Below, piece after piece: positions 38,553-48,075 of a stretch of 64,000 nucleotides of DNA. The stretch comes from an uncultured Pseudomonadota bacterium (GTDB taxonomy: Bacteria; Pseudomonadota; Alphaproteobacteria; Rhizobiales; Xanthobacteraceae): NCBI GenBank assembly GCA_963773225.1, contig CAVZAO010000011.1, positions 17,416 through 81,415 on the forward strand, read 5' to 3'. The notes under the pieces were generated by a model. The model did no database searches. It had not been told where the DNA came from and saw only the letters and a list, made by a program, of their open reading frames with translations. Made by a program: the position numbers and the translations under genes. Within the stretch, counting starts at the first letter, position 1. Each line of letters begins with the position of its first letter.

Positions 38553-39686
38553 TTAGCCCTTGGTGATCGGCCCAGGCTTCTTGACCTGGGTCATCAGGTC
38601 GTTGTTCCACTTGCCGTCGACCTTGAAGTGGGCAGTGGCGCCGAGCAGTACGGCCTCGATCAGGTTGTGATTAAGGTAGGCGTAGGTGCCGGGTTGGCGG
38701 AAGGTGTACATCGCCGCCGCCGCCGAACCGCCGCGCACGAACCAGGTCTCGAGGTTGGTCTCCGGCGGGTTGGAAAACTTGCCGCTCTCCCAGACGTAGT
38801 CGCCGTGGCCGCCGATCAAATGCGGGCGGGTGTCGCGGTTGGCCTGCGAGTGCACGATCAGCACGGTCTCGCCAACCTTGGCCGGCATTGCGTTCTTGCC
38901 GGTGAGCGCATTCACCCGGCCGTTGAACACCACGTGCGAGGGGATGAGGTCGCGCATGACCTTCATCTGGTCCTGATAGGCTTCGCCAGCGGAATTGTAC
39001 TGCTTGAACTTACCGTTGGCGTCGCGCGGGATGTAGAAGTCGGTCTCGCCGACGTAGTAGACGCGGTCGTAGCGCAGCGGCTTGCCGTTGGCGTCCTTCA
39101 GGCCGTCGCGCGGCAGCACCATGACGGCGCCCTGCATGCCGTTGACGACGTGCCACGGGATCATCGGGCCGCCGGGCGCGCAATGATAGACGAACACGCC
39201 GGGGCGCGTGGCCTTGTAGCGCAGCGTCACCTGCTCGCCGGGCGCAACGTGGGTGAGCGCGCCGCCGCCCAACGCGCCGGTCGAGGCGTGGAAGTCAACG
39301 TTGTGCTCGAACATGTTGGTCGACGGGTTGACCAGCGTGAGCTCGATGTAGTCGTCCTGGTGCACCACCAGTAGCGGACCGGGGACCGAGCCGTTGTAGG
39401 TGAAGGCGTTCAGGGTGGTGCCGTCGTCATCAACGACGATCTTTTTCTCGTGCACCGTCAGCGTGACTTCCTTGATCACAGGGCCGCCCTTGGCGACCTG
39501 GTCGTGCGGATGCACGAAGGGCGGGATGGCCGGCTCGATCTTTTCGCGGCGCGTCGGCAGCGGACCATGGTCTTCGGTCAGAACGGCAGCTTCGGCGACT
39601 TCGCCGGTGTTGGCCAGCGCGGTGGCCGCGGCGGCGAGGCCTGCGGCGCCGATCATGGCGGTGCGTCGGGTGATGTTGAGTTTCAT
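38553..39686 (-). CDS. nirK: Copper-containing nitrite reductase
   Basis: 377 aa. Tat signal [16 protein letters not shown]. Cu-ligand contexts [38 protein letters not shown]. Confidence 0.96.
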   Translation of the reverse strand: MKLNITRRTAMIGAAGLAAAATALANTGEVAEAAVLTEDHGPLPTRREKIEPAIPPFVHPHDQVAKGGPVIKEVTLTVHEKKIVVDDDGTTLNAFTYNGSVPGPLLVVHQDDYIELTLVNPSTNMFEHNVDFHASTGALGGGALTHVAPGEQVTLRYKATRPGVFVYHCAPGGPMIPWHVVNGMQGAVMVLPRDGLKDANGKPLRYDRVYYVGETDFYIPRDANGKFKQYNSAGEAYQDQMKVMRDLIPSHVVFNGRVNALTGKNAMPAKVGETVLIVHSQANRDTRPHLIGGHGDYVWESGKFSNPPETNLETWFVRGGSAAAAMYTFRQPGTYAYLNHNLIEAVLLGATAHFKVDGKWNNDLMTQVKKPGPITKG

Positions 39687-39761
39687 GACAATCCCCTGCG
39701 GTTTGCAGTTTCAAATTCAATTCGACGGTCACGTGTATGACGTGAGCCGGCCAAGCGTTCT

Positions 39762-39775
39762 TTGTGCTGCATCAA
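39762..39775. promoter_or_regulatory. FNR/NnrR-type box TTGTG-CTGC-ATCAA (TTG-N8-CAA)
   Basis: Centred about 82 nt upstream of the nirK ATG, in the nirK/DUF1858 divergent region. Confidence 0.5.
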
Positions 39776-39834
39776 ACAGCGCGGCGGTTCCGCGCCGTGG
39801 TGGACGTTTCACGAATACATATTCAATTTCTTAG

Positions 39835-39848
39835 TTGCGCCCGGACAA
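39835..39848. promoter_or_regulatory. Second FNR/NnrR-type box TTGCG-CCCG-GACAA
   Basis: TTG-N8-CAA, about 40 nt upstream of the DUF1858 ATG. Confidence 0.4.
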
Positions 39849-39881
39849 AGAAGCGTGCGTCGAGCGCGTTATAGTTCCAGC

Positions 39882-40091
39882 ATGAGGAAACGTATCCAAA
39901 CGATCGAGTTCGACGATCTCGTCGACGACATCATGCGGCAATGGCCCGAAACCATTCGCGTTTTTCTCGACTATCGCATGAGCTGCGTGGGCTGCCCGAT
40001 CGCGACGTTCCACACGGTCGAAGATTCATGCCGCGAGCACGGCATCGATCTCGCGGCATTCCTCGCCGCTTTGCAGGAATCACCTAAGTAA
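39882..40091 (+). CDS. DUF1858 (hybrid-cluster-protein-associated redox disulfide) domain protein
   Basis: 69 aa. TIEFDDLVDDIMRQWPETIRVFLDYRMSCVGCPIATFHTVEDSCREHGIDLAAFLAAL. Confidence 0.75.
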   Translation: MRKRIQTIEFDDLVDDIMRQWPETIRVFLDYRMSCVGCPIATFHTVEDSCREHGIDLAAFLAALQESPK

Positions 40092-40100
40092 TCATCCGAG

Positions 40101-40118
40101 CTCCGTAATGTTACGGAG
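40101..40118. terminator. Hairpin between convergent DUF1858 and Crp/Fnr genes (possible bidirectional terminator)
   Basis: CTCCGTAA-TG-TTACGGAG, followed by a weakly T-rich GTTTCTTT. Confidence 0.35.
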
Positions 40119-40133
40119 GTGAGCCGCGTTTCT

Positions 40134-40823
40134 TTACTCTTCCGTGAGCGTGAACAGCTTGTGCGGATCGCGCACGACGACGCGCTGGCGGCCGCTTTCG
40201 ACCAGACCTCGCTCTTCCCAAGCACTGAGAATCCGGCTGACCGTGTGCAGCGTGGTACCGGTCATCTCGGCGATGTCCTGGCGGCTGATCGGGAAATCGA
40301 TGGCGATGCCCTTGTCCACCTTGCGCCCGGCCTGCTGCACCAGCCGCAACAGCGCGCGCGCCACCCGGCGCTCCACCTGCTCGGTCGACATTTCGATGAC
40401 GCGCGAGTGCGAGTCCTGCAAACGCGCCCCCACCGTCTGCAGCGTGTTGCCGGCGAGCTGCGGGTACTGCGCGACCAGCCGGGGCCAGGCCGACGATGGC
40501 CAGGCCAAGACAACGCTGTCGTCGACCGCGGTCGCGGTCGCCGGATAGTGCGAAAGCCCGATGGCGACGGCGACGCCGAAAGTTTCGCCCGGCGTCACAT
40601 AGCGCACCACCACCTGCTGGCCGCCCGGCGTGGTCTTGGTCGCGCGTACGTGGCCGTTCAGGAGCACGAAGAAGGCCTCGGCCTCGGCGCCCTGCTCGAA
40701 CACGGCGCTGTTCTTGGCGTGACGCACCGCGCGCGCTTCCTGGAGGATGCCGTCGAGGGCGTCGCCGTCGAGGCCGGCGAACAGCGGCAGGTCTGCAATG
40801 AGCGAGCGGTCGACGGCGGCCAT
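40134..40823 (-). CDS. nnrR: Crp/Fnr-family transcriptional regulator, NnrR-like by context
   Basis: 229 aa. cNMP-binding-type domain without N-terminal Cys cluster. C-terminal HTH ISRQDIAEMTGTTLHTVSRILSAWEERGLV. Adjacent to nirK. Confidence 0.8.
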   Translation of the reverse strand: MAAVDRSLIADLPLFAGLDGDALDGILQEARAVRHAKNSAVFEQGAEAEAFFVLLNGHVRATKTTPGGQQVVVRYVTPGETFGVAVAIGLSHYPATATAVDDSVVLAWPSSAWPRLVAQYPQLAGNTLQTVGARLQDSHSRVIEMSTEQVERRVARALLRLVQQAGRKVDKGIAIDFPISRQDIAEMTGTTLHTVSRILSAWEERGLVESGRQRVVVRDPHKLFTLTEE

Positions 40824-40840
40824 TGCGGAACTTTCTATCG

Positions 40841-41890
40841 TCAGCGTTCGGTCGTGTTCGGGGATTCTTTGGACGCGAACAGGTTTCCGATCAGCGAGCG
40901 GAACACACCCGGCGCCTCACCCGTCTGGAACGGCACCGGCCGGCTGAGGCCCATGGCGATGATCCCGATACGCGCGATGCGCTGGGCGGCATACATCGAT
41001 TCGGCGCTGTCGGCCGCCAGCCGCTCGAGTACAGCGCCGCTGAGGTGCTGGGTCAACGCCATGCCGGCGAGGCCGACCGCGCCGAGCTTGCCGGCCTCCA
41101 GCACGAGCCGGCGCAGGAGATGCAGCGTCGACGCCGCGGTCGGCCGATGGCCATAGCTCGCCGCGATGCCGCGCACCATGCGCACGCTCAAGGCCACGAA
41201 CAGTACGGTGTCGATGAGCGTGGTGGGCGCAATGGCGGTCATGGCGAAGGCGCGGGCGGAGGCGCGGCGCACCACCGCCTCGGCGCGGCGGTCGAGCGGG
41301 CGCATCACCGTGCGCGACAGCAGTTCGATCTGCTGCTGCGGCGTGTGATGGGCCTGCGCCTGGCGCTGGTAGGCTTCGATCGATGTCTCGGTTTCGCGGT
41401 CCTTGGGCACATGCGCGAGCACCTGCCGGATCGCCTCACGCATCTCCGCCGAGCCCGGCTGCGCGGCCGCCTGCGCGAGACGCGCTTGATTGTGCTCGAC
41501 GCTCTTGAGCGCAAAGAAGCTCTTCAGTTCGCGGGCGATGACGAGCAGGGCACCGCCGACGCCGACGCCGACGACGGTCGCAGCGAGATAGCCGAATGTC
41601 GCGCTGCGCGCGAAGGCGTCGGAGACCCAGAGATAGCTGTCAAGGCCAAGCCAGCCGGCAAGCGATAGCCCGACGCCCCAAATTCCGAGCCGGATCCAGC
41701 GGTCACGCCGGCGCGCCTTGGCGGGCGCCGCAGCCGCCGGCGCGGTGAGCGCGCGTTCGGCCGGCACCACGCGTTCCGCGATCTCGGTCTGGAACACGGC
41801 GGGGCCGGGCGCAAATTCGTTGCGCCCGTCGGCGGGCGCATCATCCTCGATCACCCGCGGGCCCATTCTGTCGTCCATGGACGAGCTCAT
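40841..41890 (-). CDS. ycjF: YcjF-family (UPF0283/DUF697) membrane protein
   Basis: Start trimmed to MSSSMDDRMGP; the ATG overlaps the ycjX stop (ATGA). Two central TM helices. C-terminal ...IDTVLFVALSVRMVRGIAASYG. Confidence 0.82.
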   Translation of the reverse strand: MSSSMDDRMGPRVIEDDAPADGRNEFAPGPAVFQTEIAERVVPAERALTAPAAAAPAKARRRDRWIRLGIWGVGLSLAGWLGLDSYLWVSDAFARSATFGYLAATVVGVGVGGALLVIARELKSFFALKSVEHNQARLAQAAAQPGSAEMREAIRQVLAHVPKDRETETSIEAYQRQAQAHHTPQQQIELLSRTVMRPLDRRAEAVVRRASARAFAMTAIAPTTLIDTVLFVALSVRMVRGIAASYGHRPTAASTLHLLRRLVLEAGKLGAVGLAGMALTQHLSGAVLERLAADSAESMYAAQRIARIGIIAMGLSRPVPFQTGEAPGVFRSLIGNLFASKESPNTTER

Positions 41891-43326
41891 CGCAGCTTGT
41901 CTCCGATCAGGAATTCCAGCGCCACGTCGAGATTGATATGCGGGATGCCGTCGACCGGCGCGGGATCGATGGCCGGCGGCTCGAATACCGGGATGTTGAG
42001 GAAGGGCGTGCCCCACTCGCCGGCCTTCGGCGGCCGGATCGGCACCTGTCCCGCGAAGAACTTCGCCTGCTTGGGCGCGCCGACTTCGCGACCGATGACC
42101 ACTTGCACGCGCTTGCCGTCGATCTCCTGGATGCCCTGAGCGGTCGACGCCACCGAGGCGATGGTGGTGACGTCGATATCGGCATTGCGCCCGCGCGCTT
42201 CCAGCGCCGGTAACGCCGCCATGTTGCGCAGGAGCAGGCTTAGGTGCTCGCGCTGCATATCGGGAATGTGGTCGGCCTTGGTGGCGGCAAACAGCAGCTT
42301 CTCCACCCGCGCGCCGCCGAGCAGCCGCGACAATATCGTGCGCTGACCGTAGCGGAAGCTCTCCAGGATGGCCCCGATGGCGAGCCGCGTGTCCTCGAAC
42401 GCCTCGCGGCCGGCAAGCAGCGCGCCGAGCACGTCGACCAGCACGATCTGGCGCGCAAAGTTGCGGAAGTAGTCCTTGTAGAAGCGCTCGACCACCTCGC
42501 GCTTATAGGTCTCGTACCGCTCCTGCATCAACGCGCCCAGCGAGCCGGCGCGCAGGCGGCCTTCGTTGCCGCCGACGTCGAGCGGCGCGAACCAGAGATA
42601 AGGCACGTCGCCGAGCGCGCCTGGGCACAGGAATCGCCCCGGCTGCAAATGGGTGAGGCCGTGCTGGTCGCGCGCGGCGACCAGCATGTCACGGTAGAGC
42701 TCGTAGGCGCGGCGCGCGGTCGCCTCGTCGCTCGCCGCCTCGGCCGGATGATCGGCCAGGTACGCGAAAAACGCGCGGCCGACCTCCGCGCGCAGGCCCT
42801 GCCGCCACAGCGACAGCGTCGCGCGCGACCACTCGGCGTAGCTCTGCGACAGAAGCGGCAGGTCGAGCAGCCACTCGCCGGGGTAGTCCACGATGTTGAG
42901 CTTCAGCGTCGCCGTCGGGCCGCCCACCTTGGTCAGCAGCGCCCCGCCAAAGCCAGCGGGCTCGAAACGGATGTCGATGCCGATCTCGCTGATGTCGTCC
43001 GTACGCTCGGGCCAGCGCGCCGGCGTGGCGGCCATCTGCATGATGTTGGCCTGGTAGGGAAAACGCGGCAGCAAGTCCGCCTTGACGCCCTGCAGGGTCG
43101 CCGCCCTGAGCCGCCCCTCACCCACCACCTTCAGGAGCGGCATGCGGTTGGGGTGATGCAGGACGCTCAGCAGGTTGTGCACGAGGCTGGTGATGAACAC
43201 GGTCTTGCCGCCCCGGCTCAGGCCCGTCACCGCCAGCCAGACCGTCGACCCCTTGGCCCATTCGGTGAAATCGACCGCGTCCGCCAAATCAGCCAGCACG
43301 CCGCCGAGATCGGGAAGCTTCACCAT
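41887..43326 (-). CDS. ycjX: YcjX-family (DUF463) P-loop NTPase
   Basis: 479 aa. WLAVTGLSRGGKTVFITSLVHNLL. Length and pairing with ycjF are as in E. coli. Confidence 0.88.
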   Translation of the reverse strand: MVKLPDLGGVLADLADAVDFTEWAKGSTVWLAVTGLSRGGKTVFITSLVHNLLSVLHHPNRMPLLKVVGEGRLRAATLQGVKADLLPRFPYQANIMQMAATPARWPERTDDISEIGIDIRFEPAGFGGALLTKVGGPTATLKLNIVDYPGEWLLDLPLLSQSYAEWSRATLSLWRQGLRAEVGRAFFAYLADHPAEAASDEATARRAYELYRDMLVAARDQHGLTHLQPGRFLCPGALGDVPYLWFAPLDVGGNEGRLRAGSLGALMQERYETYKREVVERFYKDYFRNFARQIVLVDVLGALLAGREAFEDTRLAIGAILESFRYGQRTILSRLLGGARVEKLLFAATKADHIPDMQREHLSLLLRNMAALPALEARGRNADIDVTTIASVASTAQGIQEIDGKRVQVVIGREVGAPKQAKFFAGQVPIRPPKAGEWGTPFLNIPVFEPPAIDPAPVDGIPHINLDVALEFLIGDKLR

Positions 43327-43554
43327 CGATTAAGCCCCGCCCCCGCTTGGGGCCGCTCCCGTTGCATATCGTGACAATGTAGGCATTCCGGCGTCCAAAA
43401 GTAGACGTGCCGAACCACGCCTGAACGCGCAACGGCGCAGTTTTTTCGCCAAATCGAAGGCTTCAGCGGTTTATCCGATGCGCGCAACGGTGATATCTTG
43501 ATGACAGAGCGCGTGCCCGGCCCGGCAGGACGAGAAGGAACCAGTAGGAAAAAG

Positions 43555-44064
43555 ATGCTCGACCGCACCGACCTCGAACCCGTTTTCTTCGCGCCTTTCG
43601 TCTCCTCGCAAATGACCGTCGAGCCGCAGTGGATCGACTTCAACGGCCATCTCAACATGGCCTATTATAATGTGCTGTTCGACCGCGCCCTGGACGAAGC
43701 CTACGCGCTCGTCGGGATCGGGGAGGAATATCTTAAGGCGCACCAGCATTCGACCTTCACCGCGGAAGTGCACGTGCGCTACCTGCGCGAGATCCACGAA
43801 GGCGATCCGGTGCGGGTGACTTTCCAACTGCTCGCATTCGACGCCAAGCGCATCCACTTTTTCGAGCAGCTGTTCCACGCCACCGAAGGTTGGGTCTCGG
43901 CCACCTCGGAGAACATGACCCTGCATGTGGACATGACGGCGAAGAAAGTGGCGCCCTTCCCCGAGCGGATCATGAAATCGCTGGCGCGCATGAAGGCGGC
44001 GCACAGCCGCCTGCCGATGCCGGAAGCGGTCGGCCGCCGCATCAGCATGCCGGGCAAGGACTGA
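43555..44064 (+). CDS. Acyl-CoA thioesterase, 4HBT/YbgC-like hotdog fold
   Basis: MTVEPQWIDFNGHLNMAYYNVLFDRALDEAY. Start chosen at MLDRTDLEP, which has an AGGAAAAAG SD. Confidence 0.78.
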   Translation: MLDRTDLEPVFFAPFVSSQMTVEPQWIDFNGHLNMAYYNVLFDRALDEAYALVGIGEEYLKAHQHSTFTAEVHVRYLREIHEGDPVRVTFQLLAFDAKRIHFFEQLFHATEGWVSATSENMTLHVDMTAKKVAPFPERIMKSLARMKAAHSRLPMPEAVGRRISMPGKD

Positions 44065-44078
44065 GGGCGCATTCGGAA

Positions 44079-44534
44079 GTGACACACGATCCGTCCGCGG
44101 CGCCCGCCGCGCCCGCGCCCCTCGATCCCGCCGCTGCCGGCTGGGAGCCCTACCGCGACGAGGGCTTTATCGGGTTGGTCGGCCCGTTCTGGTCGCGGCC
44201 CTGGGGCGACAGCTTCCGCTACGCCTTCCTCGCCGAGCCCAAGCACCATAACCGCCGCGGCGTGGTGCAGGGCGGCATGCTGATGACGTTCGCCGACCGC
44301 AGCATGGGCATGACCTGCTGGTACGCCAATGGCCGCGTGCCGCAGGCGACCGTGCAGCTCGACGTGCATTTCATCGATGCCGTGCAGATCGGCGAATTCG
44401 TCGAGGCCAGATGCGAGGTGGTGCGCCGCACGCGTTCGATCATCTTCATGAACGCCGAGCTCGTGGTGAACGAGCGCGTGGTGGCGACGGCGAAAGGCAT
44501 CTGGAAGGCGCTGGGCAAACCGCAGCCGAAGTGA
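44079..44534 (+). CDS. PaaI-family hotdog thioesterase
   Basis: GTG start assumed. HHNRRGVVQGGMLMTFADRSMG core motif. Confidence 0.78.
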   Translation: MTHDPSAAPAAPAPLDPAAAGWEPYRDEGFIGLVGPFWSRPWGDSFRYAFLAEPKHHNRRGVVQGGMLMTFADRSMGMTCWYANGRVPQATVQLDVHFIDAVQIGEFVEARCEVVRRTRSIIFMNAELVVNERVVATAKGIWKALGKPQPK

Positions 44535-44599
44535 CGGCCGCAGGGGCGCCCCGTCGATCCCACCCCGGCTCATTCGGGGGTGGGCTCTGCCACGTCAGC

Positions 44600-45772
44600 T
44601 CAGTGCAGCTTGCAGTCCTTGGCGTAGTCGTCGGCGTTGTCCGACAGCACCTTCTCGACGATCTCGGTCTCGAACTTTCCGTCGGCGCGCTTGGCCACCT
44701 TGGTCAGGTAGAAGTTCTGGATCGGGTAGCCGTTGATGTTGAACTTAAAGGCGCCGCGCAGCGACTTGAAGTTCGCCTTCTTCAATTCCGCGCTCACCGC
44801 CTTGGTGTTCGACAGATCGCCCTTGAGCGCGACCGCAGCACTGTTGATCAGCATGGCGGCATCGTAGGCCTGCATGGCGTAGGACGCAGGGATCGCCTTG
44901 TAGGCGGCTTCGTACTCGGCGACGAACTTCTTGTTCTGCGGGTTATCCATGTTGGGCGCCCAGGTCAGCGCGCCATAGATGCCCTCGGCGGCCGCGCCGA
45001 GCGCCGGCAGCGTCGCCTCGTCGGCGGTGAAGGCGGAGATGACCGGCACCTTCCCCTTCAGGCCGGCCTGGTTGTACTGCTTGATGAGCGTGATGCCCAA
45101 GCCGCCCGGCATGAAGGTGAAGAGAGCGTCGGGCTTGAGCGACGCGAGCTTCGATAATTCGCTCTGGAAGTCGATGCCCTTGAGCGGCACCAGCTCTTCC
45201 GCGACGATCTTGCCTTTGTACGTGCGCTTGAAGCCGGCGAGCGCGTCCTTGCCGGCGCGATAGTTCGGCACCATGGCGAAGACACGCTTGTAGCCCTTGT
45301 CGTTGGCGATCTTGCCCAGCGTCTGGAAGATCTGGTCGTTCTGATAGGACGTCACGAAGAAATCCGGATTGCAGGCGGCGCCGGCGAACGACGACGAGCC
45401 CGCGTTGGTGCTGATCAGGATCTTGCCCGCATCCATGACCGGCTTGTGGATCGCGCCCAAGACGTTCGAGAAGATCGGGCCGACGACAATGTCGACGTGA
45501 TCGCGTTCGAGCAGTTCCTTGACCTTGAGGATGGCATTGGCGGGGCTGAGACCGTCGTCGACCGAGAACAGCTCGACTTCCTTGCCGCCCATCTTGCCGC
45601 CGAGATCCTTGACCGCCAGTTCGAAGGCCTTCTTCGACTGCTGCCCGAGCACGGCCGCCGGCCCCGACAGCGTGTAGATGAGGCCGATGCGAATTTTATC
45701 CTGCGCCGCGGCAGTGTTGACCGCGAACAGGAAAGCCCCGAGCACCACGAGACTTCGAACAACAGAACCCAT
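44600..45772 (-). CDS. ABC transporter substrate-binding protein, LivK/branched-chain amino-acid type
   Basis: Start trimmed to MGSVVRSLVVLGAFLFAVNTAAA (signal peptide). QDKIRIGLIYTLSGPAAVLG is typical of Peripla_BP_6. Confidence 0.9.
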   Translation of the reverse strand: MGSVVRSLVVLGAFLFAVNTAAAQDKIRIGLIYTLSGPAAVLGQQSKKAFELAVKDLGGKMGGKEVELFSVDDGLSPANAILKVKELLERDHVDIVVGPIFSNVLGAIHKPVMDAGKILISTNAGSSSFAGAACNPDFFVTSYQNDQIFQTLGKIANDKGYKRVFAMVPNYRAGKDALAGFKRTYKGKIVAEELVPLKGIDFQSELSKLASLKPDALFTFMPGGLGITLIKQYNQAGLKGKVPVISAFTADEATLPALGAAAEGIYGALTWAPNMDNPQNKKFVAEYEAAYKAIPASYAMQAYDAAMLINSAAVALKGDLSNTKAVSAELKKANFKSLRGAFKFNINGYPIQNFYLTKVAKRADGKFETEIVEKVLSDNADDYAKDCKLH

Positions 45773-45955
45773 GACAATCCCCCTGAAAGGCGCCGCTCCG
45801 GCGCCGCGCATTGGACGGGCTAAATTGGTTACGAGTCAACCGGCTAGGCGATTACCATGTCCGGAAAGACCGGTTGCCCGTCCTGTGGGCAGGCGACATT
45901 ATAGTTGATAGTTGACGAACGGATCGACGTGTCCCGGTTGCGTAAGGCGTATTCG

Positions 45956-47206
45956 ATGAAGGCGATCATAATCGGCGGTGGAATTGGCGGACTCACCACC
46001 GCCCTCATGCTGCATGCGCGCGGTATCGACTGCGAGATTTTCGAGCAATCCGACACCATTCGCGAGCTCGGCGTGGGCATCAATACCCTGCCGCACGCCA
46101 TCAAGGAGCTCGCCGAACTCGGACTCCTGCCGCGGCTCGACCAGGTCGGCATTAGGACCTACGAACTCTTCTACATGAACCGCACCGGCCAGGAGATCTG
46201 GCGCGAGCCGCGCGGCACCGAGGCCGGCTTCGAGTATCCGCAATTCTCGATCCACCGGGGCCGGTTGCAGGCCGTGATTTTTCAAGCGGTGCGTTCGCGG
46301 ATCGGTGAATCGCGCATTCACACCGGCCATCGCCTAGGCGCCTTCACCCAGGACGAGGGCGGCGTCACTGCCTATTTCTTCGACCGCGACGGTTCGCATC
46401 GCGCCACCGCGCGCGGCGACATCCTGATCGGCGCCGACGGCATCCACTCGCTGGTGCGCGAGACGCTCTATCCGAACGAAGGGCCCGCGCGCTGGAACGG
46501 CTCGATCCTGTGGCGCGGCGCGCTAGACTGGCCGCAATATCTCACCGGCCGCTCGATGGTGATCGCCGGCGGCATGGCTGCCAAGCTCGTCGTCTATCCC
46601 ATCGGCGAAGGCGCGCGCGAGGACCGGCCGCTCACTAACTGGGCGGTGCTGGTGAAGGTCGGCGAAGGCGGCGCGCCGCCCGACAAGGCGGACTGGTCGC
46701 GCCCCGGCAGGTTCGAAGACCTGATGCCGCACGTGCAGCGCTTCCACATCCCCTTCGTCGACGCCAAGGCGCTGATCGAGGCGACGCCGGAATTCTGGGA
46801 GTATCCCATGTGCGACCGCGATCCGCTGCCGCACTGGTCGCACGGACGCGTGACGCTGCTCGGCGACGCCGCGCATCCCATGTACCCGGTCGGCTCCAAT
46901 GGCGCGTCGCAAGCCATTCTCGACGCGCGTTGCCTGGCGGACCGGCTGCGCGACGCCGAACACCCCTATCAGGCGCTCTGGGCCTACGAGCGGGAGCGGC
47001 TGCCGCTGACGGCGCAGATCGTGCAGTCCAACCGATCGGGCGGGCCGGAAGGCGTCATCGACGCGGTTGAGGAGCGCGCGCCCGACGGCTTCGACAACAT
47101 CGACAACGTGCTGTCCTACGAAGAGCGCAAGGCGATCGTGCGCGGCTACGCCTCGAAAGCCGGCTTCGCCAAGGAGCAGGTCAATAAGCCGGGGAAAGTG
47201 GCGTAG
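45956..47206 (+). CDS. FAD-dependent aromatic-ring monooxygenase-like oxidoreductase
   Basis: MKAIIIGGGIGGLTTAL (GxGxxG). LLGDAAHPMYPVGSNGASQAILDA. Confidence 0.87.
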   Translation: MKAIIIGGGIGGLTTALMLHARGIDCEIFEQSDTIRELGVGINTLPHAIKELAELGLLPRLDQVGIRTYELFYMNRTGQEIWREPRGTEAGFEYPQFSIHRGRLQAVIFQAVRSRIGESRIHTGHRLGAFTQDEGGVTAYFFDRDGSHRATARGDILIGADGIHSLVRETLYPNEGPARWNGSILWRGALDWPQYLTGRSMVIAGGMAAKLVVYPIGEGAREDRPLTNWAVLVKVGEGGAPPDKADWSRPGRFEDLMPHVQRFHIPFVDAKALIEATPEFWEYPMCDRDPLPHWSHGRVTLLGDAAHPMYPVGSNGASQAILDARCLADRLRDAEHPYQALWAYERERLPLTAQIVQSNRSGGPEGVIDAVEERAPDGFDNIDNVLSYEERKAIVRGYASKAGFAKEQVNKPGKVA

Positions 47207-47214
47207 GCGAACCT

Positions 47215-47332
47215 GTCATTCCGGGGCGCACGCGCAAGCGTGCGAACCCGGAATCCAGAGCGATATCGAAAGGCTGTGGGTTGTAGTCCTGGATTCCGGG
47301 TTCGCGGCCTGTTGGCCGCGCCCCGGAATGAC
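47215..47332. repeat. 118-bp double-palindrome REP/MITE-like element (GTCATTCCGGGGCGC family)
   Basis: Outer arms GTCATTCCGGGGCGC / GCGCCCCGGAATGAC (15 bp, perfect). Inner arms CGAACCCGGAATCCAG / CTGGATTCCGGGTTCG (16 bp, perfect). A degenerate second copy is at 59026-59193. Confidence 0.85.
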
Positions 47333-47343
47333 CATGAACTATC

Positions 47344-47802
47344 TCACGCGCCTTCCGGCGGCGGCGGCAGGAAGTTGACTTCGTGCCGGGCCGACAGCGC
47401 CACCACGTCGGGCGGGTTCTGCTCCTTCATGGAGTGGATCGCCCAGAACAGGTCGTAGAGCTTGCGCGTCGGCGTGACCCAGAACAGGCATTTGATCGGC
47501 TGATCCGACTTATTGAACAGGCCGTGCGGGATGTTCTTCGGCATGCGGATGAGGTCGCCGGCGGTGGCGACAAAGTCCTTGCCGTCGAGCCACGCGTCCA
47601 TCTTGCCCTCGAGCATGTAGATGAACTCGTCCTGGGTCGGGTGGATGTGGGGCGGCACGAAGGTGCCGGGCGGGAACGTGGCGTGCCAGGCGAAGGTGTC
47701 CTCGCTCAGCTGCTTCGGGACATAGGTCTGACCGAGAATGTTCCAGACGATCCCGTCGAGGCCCGTGCTGGCCTTGGTGATACCCGGTGTGGTTGCCTGC
47801 AT
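47344..47802 (-). CDS. Cupin-domain protein
   Basis: 152 aa. PPHIHPTQDEFIYMLEGK ... AGDLIRMPKNIPHG. Confidence 0.8.
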   Translation of the reverse strand: MQATTPGITKASTGLDGIVWNILGQTYVPKQLSEDTFAWHATFPPGTFVPPHIHPTQDEFIYMLEGKMDAWLDGKDFVATAGDLIRMPKNIPHGLFNKSDQPIKCLFWVTPTRKLYDLFWAIHSMKEQNPPDVVALSARHEVNFLPPPPEGA

Positions 47803-48075
47803 GACTATGTACTCTCCGCTCTCCCAAACGCGCCTGTTTCGGCGCGAAGCTTAGAGAAAGCGTTGCGGCAGTTCCAGCCGCTGGCGATCGCGGCCTGAAC
47901 ATCCTCGCATTAAGCTGAATCGCGGGCGGTTCAGGCCGAAAAGCGGGGAAATAGGCCGCCCAAGCCGCGCCGTCGCCCCTCGAATTTGCTACCCACGAAT
48001 GCCATCTTTGCTGTGAAAGAGTCGTTTTTCACGGGCGCCGCAGCCCTTTTCTCCGTTTCTCAAACCCGATCCGAT

